Source of the DNA: a virus
IMG/VR virus record: IMGVR_UViG_3300032313_000500
Coordinates: 54,471 to 118,470 of that record
Reading direction: 5' to 3' (one strand)
DNA: 64,000 nt
The translations under genes and the position numbers were made by a program. The notes below the pieces were generated by a model. It saw nothing but the letters and a program-made list of their open reading frames with translations. It made no database searches and was not told the origin of the DNA. Below, one piece after another: positions 55,138 through 62,578 of this stretch (its first letter is position 1; every line of letters starts with the position of its first letter).

Positions 55138-55546
55138 GTCCTCCCCCAATCCCCCGAGACCGAGCGACACAGTTATGAACACGACTGCGCCGACTACAAA
55201 GCCCCGGGGGAACCAAAGGAGCGAAAGGAGGAAACTCTCCTCTGGTGATTTAACTTTATCATATTCGCCGGCCCCGCGCATTTTGAAAAATGTTTCATAC
55301 CTGCGTTGCGGTTTTCCTTTCTTACTGCTATGGTGTACTTCACAACAGATGGCGCGCCCTCCTCATCGTAAAAAAGCATTCCTGAAAAACGGAAACCTTT
55401 TTGTGATGCAGAAAAATAAAAATTAATTTCGTAAAGGTTCCCCCGAACCCCCTCCAAAATAGGGTTGGTCTGTAGATATGTCAAATTCATTTCAAACATT
55501 GTTTAACGACTTGACTATCGGTGGTGGAAAGGATTATGTTAATACC

Positions 55547-55921
55547 ATGTCAGAGTCTTCTAAACGAGGTAGACCAGTGTCAGCGCAGAAACTCTCTCGT
55601 TCTAAAAAGGCCACGTCAGCCAGTGACGTAGAGATACAGCAAGTATGGGATTACTGGGTATCCAAGATGCGCGCTACTTCAAAGCGCAAGCCAGTCCTTG
55701 ACTCCACCCGACGTCAGTTCATAGGCGCGGCAATATTTGATTATGAACTCCAGGGATGTCTAGACGCTATAGACGGATGCGCGATGTCTGAGTTTCATAT
55801 GGGGAGGAATAAGATGAACAAGCGGTATGATTCCATTGAGTTGATTTTCAGAGACGCAGAACATATTGAGAAGTTCCACGACATTCTGGATAAATCCACA
55901 GAAGAGAAGGAAGACTGGTGA
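55547..55921 (+). CDS. Phage replication initiator C-terminal-like protein
   Basis: QVWDYW...LDSTRRQFI...AIDGC..SEFHMG.N...YDSIELIFRD..HIEKF; adjacent to a loader-like gene. Confidence 0.55.
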   Translation: MSESSKRGRPVSAQKLSRSKKATSASDVEIQQVWDYWVSKMRATSKRKPVLDSTRRQFIGAAIFDYELQGCLDAIDGCAMSEFHMGRNKMNKRYDSIELIFRDAEHIEKFHDILDKSTEEKEDW

Positions 55922-56397
55922 CTAAGCAAGAACTAGAAGAACTGGTTACCCAGGTATTTGCACTGTACAACCAAACTCTTTTAGATATAGACCGTAAGAC
56001 AATCTTGCGCGCTTGGTACGAGATGCTGGAAGACCTCCCATTCGCCGGCTGTAAAGTCTCGCTCCTTGACTACGCTGCAGTCAGTCCGTTCATGCCTAAG
56101 CCTGGAGACTTACGAAGGGCGTACATTAATTCCCAAATCAAAGTAGGGGATGCGCCTACACCCCTAGTTGCTTGGGCCACTTTGATTGGGCAAATAAAAT
56201 TGGCCAATTCTGGTTTGCCAATTAATCAGGGGCTTCACCCGTGCATATCCAAAGTGGTTGACATGCTCGGGGAGACCGCCCATCAGTTGCATAGCACTAC
56301 TGACCAGATTCAATTCCTCAAGACCTACGAACAAGTCGTAGCCGATTATCAACAACAAAAATTCAAAATTTCCGAAAAGGGGACGCATTCGTTGTGA
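55918..56397 (+). CDS. Helicase loader/inhibitor-like protein (G39P/lambda P-like)
   Basis: AWYEMLEDLPF..CK.SL......FMPKPGDLR. Confidence 0.6.
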   Translation: MTKQELEELVTQVFALYNQTLLDIDRKTILRAWYEMLEDLPFAGCKVSLLDYAAVSPFMPKPGDLRRAYINSQIKVGDAPTPLVAWATLIGQIKLANSGLPINQGLHPCISKVVDMLGETAHQLHSTTDQIQFLKTYEQVVADYQQQKFKISEKGTHSL

Positions 56398-56624
56398 ATT
56401 CAGACAATTTCCTTAGTCAAACAACTTCAAGCCCTGGATACGAAGCCATAACCGTATCCATCACATCAGACTTCCCCTCCAAGGGCTGTTCCACCTGTAG
56501 GTACTTTTCCGACATTCAGCATACGAACTACGGTACCTGTCACAGATTCCCTAAGTCCGAGACAGTCGCTACTGAATACTGGTGTGGTGAATGGACCTCT
56601 CTCCACGGGATGTTCACGAAGTGA
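56394..56624 (+). CDS. Small Cys-rich protein
   Basis: CSTCRYF...GTCHRFP...WCGEW. Confidence 0.65.
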   Translation: MNSDNFLSQTTSSPGYEAITVSITSDFPSKGCSTCRYFSDIQHTNYGTCHRFPKSETVATEYWCGEWTSLHGMFTK

Positions 56625-56788
56625 AGCGCAACCCAGGCCGTCCCCCAAAAGACCCTGAAACTCCTTTCGTTACCCTGACTCTACGAATTCCAGCCGAACT
56701 GAAACTTCTGCTAATGTCTAAGGCACGGGCGTTTGATATGACGCTTACCGAGTACCTAACGATGTTGGTGGAACGAGATGGGTCGTAA
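56621..56788 (+). CDS. Ribbon-helix-helix protein
   Basis: GRPPK; VTLTLRIPAELKLLLMSKARAFDMTLTEYL. Confidence 0.75.
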   Translation: MKRNPGRPPKDPETPFVTLTLRIPAELKLLLMSKARAFDMTLTEYLTMLVERDGS

Positions 56789-57119
56789 ACCTAAGAAGTC
56801 AAGACACCCCAGAAGCGAACATGTTGTGACTGTAAAGGTTACTGGGGCTCAAAAGAACCTTCTAATAAAAGCAGCCGAAGAAAACGGTATGTCCCTATCA
56901 GGATTCATGAACTACGCCATCTGGGATTTCTGCCAGTCGGAAAAGAGCATCCCCCCTGCGCCTGCTCCCAATCCAAAGCCAACCCCTGCGGACTACTTAC
57001 GTTCCTATCTAGACGGCGAGAAAATCCTTATGCCTTGCGGTAAGGAATCGTGCGACATGCAGATAGTCACTTTTGATAAAGCCGAGTACTGCAACACCTG
57101 TTCTTACCGAGTTGGTTAG
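56778..57119 (+). CDS. Ribbon-helix-helix protein with C-terminal Zn motif
   Basis: VVTVKVTGAQKNLLIKAAEENGMSLSGFM; PCG..C..YCNTC. Confidence 0.7.
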   Translation: MGRKPKKSRHPRSEHVVTVKVTGAQKNLLIKAAEENGMSLSGFMNYAIWDFCQSEKSIPPAPAPNPKPTPADYLRSYLDGEKILMPCGKESCDMQIVTFDKAEYCNTCSYRVG

Positions 57120-57448
57120 TTTCCCCACATCTGGCTAAGGGTCGGTCTAATAGGTTTGACCCCTCTTCTTCTTTGCTCAGCGGCTAGTTGTCTACTAGTA
57201 AGTCCTGCCCATACTCCATGCATATCTGCTGCCGGAAACTCTAATGCGTACTCTAAGCACTGGTTTTGAACAGGACACGATTTACAGATGGCTCTTGCTT
57301 CTGCAATATAGGTAATATCCTTATGTTCTTTGGGGAACATCAAATGAGTTTTACCTTTGCAACCTGCATACTCAAACAGGTCTAAATCTTGTATATCTAC
57401 AGATTTATCTGATTGGGGAATTATATTATGGCTATCTTTATTGACCAT
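57116..57448 (-). CDS. whiB: WhiB-family transcription factor (second copy)
   Basis: GCKG..HLMFP...ICKSCPVQNQCLEYAL...HGVWAGLTSRQL. Confidence 0.9.
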   Translation of the reverse strand: MVNKDSHNIIPQSDKSVDIQDLDLFEYAGCKGKTHLMFPKEHKDITYIAEARAICKSCPVQNQCLEYALEFPAADMHGVWAGLTSRQLAAEQRRRGVKPIRPTLSQMWGN

Positions 57449-57535
57449 AAAATCTTCTTCTCCCCCTATAGGAATTGTTCTCTCTCTCCTTAGGGATATC
57501 CCTGAATTCAGAAACATGGTAGGTATTAATGGGCG

Positions 57536-58150
57536 TCACTTGTTCTTCTCCGATTCTTGTACGTAAGTGTTAAATGGGCTACCCGTATAAGGGTCAAACT
57601 TGGCAGAAACCTGCAGTGCTTTAAGTAATGCGGCTTTTGCTTGGGCCGGCGATAACTTCTTTCCGGCGACCAATACCTGTAGAGCCCCTAGTGCGTAAGG
57701 TGCTCCAGTACCAGTCGCATATAGACCAGACGCTTCTGGTGTCCATGAGTAATCGCTCTCAACGATATAAATCGTAGAATTGATGACAACCATTATTGAC
57801 GAATCCTGTTCAGCAATAGTGTTGTTGTTATTATTCCCAGCCGAATACCCGTGGGTTTCAAAACAAGACCTTAGTCCTGGGATGAACTTGGTCGTCATAA
57901 AGGAGTCTAGTCTCTTCCCCTTTAGCCCTATAGTAGGAGCAGGAGGCTGGAAGGCATGGTGAAGAAGATTTATGGCCCTCATGTCGCCCGCAGCGCCTAG
58001 GAGGTATTTGCCGTTTATGGCAATCTTGGCTGAACCAGACCCAAGTGTAGATATCTGGTACGCATTTCCAGAGTCGTCAAGGGAGGATATTCTTGTATCA
58101 GCAGCGACGACGACATATCCGTCGCCCTGTATCCCTGCAATTGTCGTCAT
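57536..58150 (-). CDS. HslV/proteasome-beta-like Ntn peptidase
   Basis: N-terminal (M)TTIAG, AADTR, KI, LLGAAGD, YATGTGAPYALGAL. Confidence 0.8.
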   Translation of the reverse strand: MTTIAGIQGDGYVVVAADTRISSLDDSGNAYQISTLGSGSAKIAINGKYLLGAAGDMRAINLLHHAFQPPAPTIGLKGKRLDSFMTTKFIPGLRSCFETHGYSAGNNNNNTIAEQDSSIMVVINSTIYIVESDYSWTPEASGLYATGTGAPYALGALQVLVAGKKLSPAQAKAALLKALQVSAKFDPYTGSPFNTYVQESEKNK

Positions 58151-58207
58151 TTTGTACACTCTCCACAGATAGTTGTGTACTAAATGTGTCTTATTTACGA
58201 CTAACTG

Positions 58208-58438
58208 TCAAGCACGCTTCATCCACTTGAACATATTTCGCCAGTGGACCCATTGCCACAGCACCCACATAGCGATAAATCCAGGTTTATTGAAGATGAT
58301 TGCGTACAGAAACCAGGGAAAAGAATGCAGGGCAATAATTAGATGCCCGTACCATTTCTTGTTACCTACCAGATAACTGCCAGATACTCCTATAAGTTCC
58401 ATAGCGAACAGGAGCCAAGTCCAAGTTAATTCGCTCAT
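58208..58438 (-). CDS. Small membrane protein
   Basis: Hydrophobic W-rich helices. Confidence 0.65.
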   Translation of the reverse strand: MSELTWTWLLFAMELIGVSGSYLVGNKKWYGHLIIALHSFPWFLYAIIFNKPGFIAMWVLWQWVHWRNMFKWMKRA

Positions 58439-58446
58439 AGATTTAT

Positions 58447-59628
58447 CTAATCTGCTTTGTACTCTTTGCCTCGGTACATGCCCCAGCCATCGTAGATAGC
58501 CATGCATTCATAAGAGAACTTGTGGTCGCCGTCGTCTTCGTACATTACGACACCGATGCCCTGTTGCCAGTTTTCGTGTCTAACTAACGGACGTCCGTCT
58601 AGGTCTACTCCGCCTCGGGTAGAAGGAATAGCACCATCAATACGAGCAAGACACCCAGGAGATGCAGCCATAATGGTGCGAGGACCATCGTAGTCTTCAC
58701 GCGTTTTGTAAGCCGTTTCAATCCTGTGAATGTGTCCATAGATAATTGATACCTTTTCGTTATTGAGATATACGTGGGCAGTTGAGCCAGAAGACTTAAC
58801 TCGGTCACCGTGAATAATCTTCAGTTTCTTGTTAATCCAGAAGTCGGCGGCTGGATATCCAGGCTTGTACTCCACACCGTATTCTTCCATACGGCAAAGA
58901 TACGGAACTGAAAGAACTGGCCAAGAAGTCGGAGTCATTCCCTTGCGCAGACCATAAGCAGCGCCAGCATTTGTAAGCAAGTACTTAGGCATGCGCTCTT
59001 CGTGGTTTCCAGCAAGCCAAATAATCTTAGAATGTGGGCATGCTGCTCGCATTTGAGCACACAACATGGTGGCTCTATCAATCGCCGCCTGAGTTGTTTG
59101 AGCGTACGATGGGTATGTGAGGTACTTTCCCATCTCCGGAAGGTCAAGATTGTCTCCAACCATCACGATTAGTTCAGGTTGTAACTCCTTAATTAGCCCA
59201 AGGAAGATAGAAATAGCCTTTTCGTCGTGGGTTGGCTCCAGTACTCCCTCTTGGTTTCGGAAGTAACCAATCTGTATATCAGGGGGTACAACACAAGTTT
59301 TGAAGGTCGCAGGAGGCTTCGGTTTTGTGGTTGACTTTTGTAGTTGTACAGGCTTGCCTTGTTGGATAACTGGCCATTCTGGGCCGGTTTCCCATTTAGG
59401 ACTAAATTGAATAGCCGCAAGGTCGTGAATTTGTGCTTCACCTTGGTCGTCTTTAAGCATTGACTGGTATAGGGAGACCCTTTTGATGTCCCCAATCTCG
59501 TTAATGTCAATATTCTTGCGCTCCAGCATGTCTGCCAGAGTGCCAAGAAGTTTCTTCTTCATTTCTGAAGATTCAACCCTGTCAGCGACATTGTCAAGTT
59601 TTGAGGCGATTGTTTTCTTTTCAGTCAT
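58447..59628 (-). CDS. Metallophosphoesterase (Mre11/SbcD-like fold)
   Basis: PDIQIG, VGDNLD, AGNHEER, IIHGD, YGHIHR; probable start MTEKK at 59628. Confidence 0.85.
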   Translation of the reverse strand: MTEKKTIASKLDNVADRVESSEMKKKLLGTLADMLERKNIDINEIGDIKRVSLYQSMLKDDQGEAQIHDLAAIQFSPKWETGPEWPVIQQGKPVQLQKSTTKPKPPATFKTCVVPPDIQIGYFRNQEGVLEPTHDEKAISIFLGLIKELQPELIVMVGDNLDLPEMGKYLTYPSYAQTTQAAIDRATMLCAQMRAACPHSKIIWLAGNHEERMPKYLLTNAGAAYGLRKGMTPTSWPVLSVPYLCRMEEYGVEYKPGYPAADFWINKKLKIIHGDRVKSSGSTAHVYLNNEKVSIIYGHIHRIETAYKTREDYDGPRTIMAASPGCLARIDGAIPSTRGGVDLDGRPLVRHENWQQGIGVVMYEDDGDHKFSYECMAIYDGWGMYRGKEYKAD

Positions 59629-59893
59629 TTCTGGCTTCCTTAATGCATGGGCATTCTTTGTTTGATTTGAAACAGAGCCTACGCTTGTCTCGTAGGTGGG
59701 TGATTTTGAAAGAGTCAATTCCTTCTTCATTCAGTACCTGAAGTATCTGAAAAGCAGAAGCATTGCTCATCATTGCGTTAGTAAACGCATCTAGGGTTTC
59801 TTTGTCCATGCGAGCCATTTCTCTACCGAGCAAACAGTCGTTTTGTGATTGCCCTTGTAATAGCGCAATGTCATTGAGTTTATTCTTCAACAT
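59621..59893 (-). CDS. Hypothetical protein
   Basis: C..HR..C.C pattern; overlaps the downstream start. Confidence 0.6.
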   Translation of the reverse strand: MLKNKLNDIALLQGQSQNDCLLGREMARMDKETLDAFTNAMMSNASAFQILQVLNEEGIDSFKITHLRDKRRLCFKSNKECPCIKEARND

Positions 59894-59944
59894 AGGGTTA
59901 CCTCCTAAGGAACAGGGTAGAACAAACAGAGAACGCGCGCAAGC

Positions 59945-60412
59945 ATGCTAACCTCCATTATGACACCGAAGGGTTGCCAAATGGAGAACAATCAGAACGA
60001 AAAATTTATAGCGGATTTGCGCTCAATTCTTTCTAATGACGAAGAATTGATAAGGAAGGTAATCTCCTCTCTTGATTCGCACAGGATAGTTAGTTATTCA
60101 CTGCCTAACGAACTGAGCCTTTTCTCTACATCAGGGAGGGTTCTTTTCTCTATCATCATGGAACCAACAATGACACAGAGGGCTTTGGCTGTGTATTTAG
60201 GGATAAGTGAAACAATGGTAGAAAAGACGGTTAAAACCCTTACGGAGCAAGGGTTAATTACAAAGACAAAACTCAATCGCAAAAATGTCTATAGTTTTAA
60301 TACTAATGTGATGGGAAAAAACCCTGATATACAGAGGCTTCCACTTCTTTTTAAGAGCATTTTAGATACATGCCGTGCGTCACAAGAGGTTGATGAAGAG
60401 GTACCCTTCTAG
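59945..60412 (+). CDS. Winged-helix DNA-binding protein
   Basis: PTMTQRALAVYLGISETMVEKTVKTLTEQGLITKTK. Confidence 0.75.
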   Translation: MLTSIMTPKGCQMENNQNEKFIADLRSILSNDEELIRKVISSLDSHRIVSYSLPNELSLFSTSGRVLFSIIMEPTMTQRALAVYLGISETMVEKTVKTLTEQGLITKTKLNRKNVYSFNTNVMGKNPDIQRLPLLFKSILDTCRASQEVDEEVPF

Positions 60413-60429
60413 GTATATTCATATGCATC

Positions 60430-60759
60430 ATGCCCCATAGTTACAAAACAGGTGATTCTGTACGCCAACAGACTGGGAAACCAGTGTTTCCCGCTCCAAC
60501 ATTCAAGGACGCTTCAAGTACTCACACGACGCTCGGTTTTGCAAAATCAGTAAAACGTCCGTTTTCTGTCCAAGATGTTAGGAACTTTACGGCTAGATAT
60601 ACAAACGACCGTGACGTAGTTAGGTCGCTGGAGGTTTTGGAAAAGAACGGGTCAGTCGTTAAATGTAACGAAACAACTTGGCAAATAACCCCAAAGGGCG
60701 TTCAGCAGATTTACGACTTCGTCATGCGACGAAAGCCAAACAACAATCTCAAGCCTTAG
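60430..60759 (+). CDS. Hypothetical protein (possible wHTH)
   Basis: RSLEVLEKNGSV...WQITPKG. Confidence 0.55.
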   Translation: MPHSYKTGDSVRQQTGKPVFPAPTFKDASSTHTTLGFAKSVKRPFSVQDVRNFTARYTNDRDVVRSLEVLEKNGSVVKCNETTWQITPKGVQQIYDFVMRRKPNNNLKP

Positions 60760-61066
60760 TTAGAACCCAGGCCTGGAATGTTTCGTCAGTTACTGGCATA
60801 AACCACAACTGACAAGAATCTATGTCTTTAGTGTTTCCTGCGATTGTCCAACAGATTTGTATGGATTCAGCCGCAGGACACGAACCAGCATTGCAGTCAA
60901 AGCCGTAGCGGTCAATAAACATTGATACGACGCATTCGCCGTCTTCAATGAGGCATGCACCGGTTTCTTGATTAGGGCAATCAACGTTGACAATTTCTAC
61001 CTCCGAGCGATTTAAACGCAAGTGAATGTTGTGGCCATCATTGTGCCAAACCATTTCAGTAGTCAT
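60749..61066 (-). CDS. Cys-containing hypothetical protein
   Basis: 105-aa ORF. Confidence 0.65.
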   Translation of the reverse strand: MTTEMVWHNDGHNIHLRLNRSEVEIVNVDCPNQETGACLIEDGECVVSMFIDRYGFDCNAGSCPAAESIQICWTIAGNTKDIDSCQLWFMPVTDETFQAWVLTKA

Positions 61067-61138
61067 TTTTTCCTTTAGTTAAATCCGAAAAATATGGCTC
61101 GGCTTCAAACGTTTTGCGCCACAACCAAATACTACTAC

Positions 61139-61372
61139 TTAGTCTTTATTCTTTTTGTCAACCTTATTGAAAACATCGTTAATCTCGTCAAGGGTTAATT
61201 TTCCGTCGTCCAAGAAGGCTCTTGAGAGTCCTTCAATGACTGTTGCTACTCCAGCAATGCCAGCCATGAAACATGCTTTCCACAAAGGAACACCAGCGAT
61301 AGCACCGGCACCGATGACGCCAAGTCCGTTAGCAGCAAAAACTGCAAGAATTCTTAACAATATAGTTTTCAT
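61139..61372 (-). CDS. Holin-like membrane protein
   Basis: Two TM helices, charged C-terminus, downstream of the endolysin. Confidence 0.6.
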   Translation of the reverse strand: MKTILLRILAVFAANGLGVIGAGAIAGVPLWKACFMAGIAGVATVIEGLSRAFLDDGKLTLDEINDVFNKVDKKNKD

Positions 61373-61392
61373 TCACACACCCCCGTGTATTT

Positions 61393-61602
61393 TTAAGAAG
61401 ACTTAGCGCATGTTTCTGAACAGAAAAGCGCATCTCCTTTTTGTCGCACCATGCCTCTAACGGTATGCTTACCGCACTTAGGGCACTTGTTTGGCGCATT
61501 CTTTGAACCGATGTACATCATTGATGAACCATAGACAGCAGGGTCTTTTACTGCCTGCTTAACCTGGCCGGCGATTGGCTTTGCTGGTTTCTTTGGTGCC
61601 AT
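61393..61602 (-). CDS. Small Zn-finger protein
   Basis: CPKCG...FCSETC. Confidence 0.65.
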   Translation of the reverse strand: MAPKKPAKPIAGQVKQAVKDPAVYGSSMMYIGSKNAPNKCPKCGKHTVRGMVRQKGDALFCSETCAKSS

Positions 61603-61829
61603 TAGACATCTCCCTTTACGTGGTCACGAATATGTTGGTCCAACTTTGTTTCATTACGAATAACGGTCTCTTCAACACGGTCAATAGACCTGCCAAGACT
61701 TTTGCCAATGATGTCCAATTTTTCGGAAACAACTCCGTGGTCTGCTTTGTTTTCGCGGCGTCCTTTTTCAACAAGGGCAACTAGTACGGCACCGACTACC
61801 GTGATGACAGCAACTGTAATTGCTTCCAT
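61602..61829 (-). CDS. Membrane protein with coiled tail (lysis cassette, DUF2746-like)
   Basis: N-terminal TM; NKADH...KLDQHIRDH. Confidence 0.6.
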   Translation of the reverse strand: MEAITVAVITVVGAVLVALVEKGRRENKADHGVVSEKLDIIGKSLGRSIDRVEETVIRNETKLDQHIRDHVKGDV

Positions 61830-61835
61830 TCAGAA

Positions 61836-62354
61836 TCATGCACCAGGCTTAGGAAGGGCACGCCATGCTGCTTCAAACTTTGCAGCGTCCTTTGCCATCT
61901 CTGGAGAAAGTTCTATGTGTAACCACTTTCCGCCTTGTGAGCCAGCATTATCGTTTGAATCATAAATCTTGACCGATTTAGGGTCTGAGCCTTCGCCACG
62001 GGAGCATCTGTATCCACGACCCCAACCAAGAACCTTGTCTTTCACGTTTGAGTCAAACGCATAGTCGTGAAGTTCCTCAATACCAAGCGCTGCGGTGTTG
62101 GCCATAAACCAATCCCATGCCTCTACGGCTTTCTTGCGGTCTGTATAACCCATATCAATTGCGCGTCCTGTTGCATGAACGGATAGCCACTTTGGGTCGC
62201 CAGGAATAGCCTTAGGATTTTTCATGGACCTATTGGCCCAAATCCCCAGATTCGTAAATCCCCATCTCTTCTTACAGAGTTCTAGGAGTTTTTGTGTTCC
62301 TGGGAGAGCCTTACCTGAATTTCCATCAGTATTTCCAGTGTATTTTCTTGGCAT
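61836..62354 (-). CDS. Endolysin, M15-type Zn peptidase
   Basis: SVHATGRAID and WLHIE Zn-ligand motifs. Confidence 0.8.
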   Translation of the reverse strand: MPRKYTGNTDGNSGKALPGTQKLLELCKKRWGFTNLGIWANRSMKNPKAIPGDPKWLSVHATGRAIDMGYTDRKKAVEAWDWFMANTAALGIEELHDYAFDSNVKDKVLGWGRGYRCSRGEGSDPKSVKIYDSNDNAGSQGGKWLHIELSPEMAKDAAKFEAAWRALPKPGA

Positions 62355-62410
62355 TTAGAACTCCATTTGTCTCGTGAACTAATTTTTTGCGAACTCACCA
62401 ATTTTACACT

Positions 62411-62578
62411 TTAATCTTCTTTTTTTAATGCAAGACCTATGCCATAAACGAGTAAAGATATTCCCGATATCCATAGTCCCCATTTTTTAGTGTCTCCACT
62501 TAAAGTAATTAGTACAAGCCCTGTACCGCCTATTGTCCAAGCAAGGTCACTTACGCCGTCTTTAAAGTTCTTAAACAT
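62411..62578 (-). CDS. 55-aa two-TM protein
   Basis: MFKNFKDGVSDLAWTIGGTGLVLITL...; TAATG-coupled to the upstream gene. Confidence 0.65.
   Translation of the reverse strand: MFKNFKDGVSDLAWTIGGTGLVLITLSGDTKKWGLWISGISLLVYGIGLALKKED

Larger units (their letters stand above)
33445..55531 (+). repeat. Polar 14-bp motif ACGGTGGYGGAAAG, 11 copies
   Basis: 33445, 35559, 37890, 40608, 42272, 45685, 48597, 53265, 54234, 55111, 55518; all on the + strand. Confidence 0.9.

Noticed and set aside
55478-55546. 5' extension of the 55478 ORF, and the 54237 start
   Set aside because: Both overlap copies of the polar motif; downstream starts are more plausible
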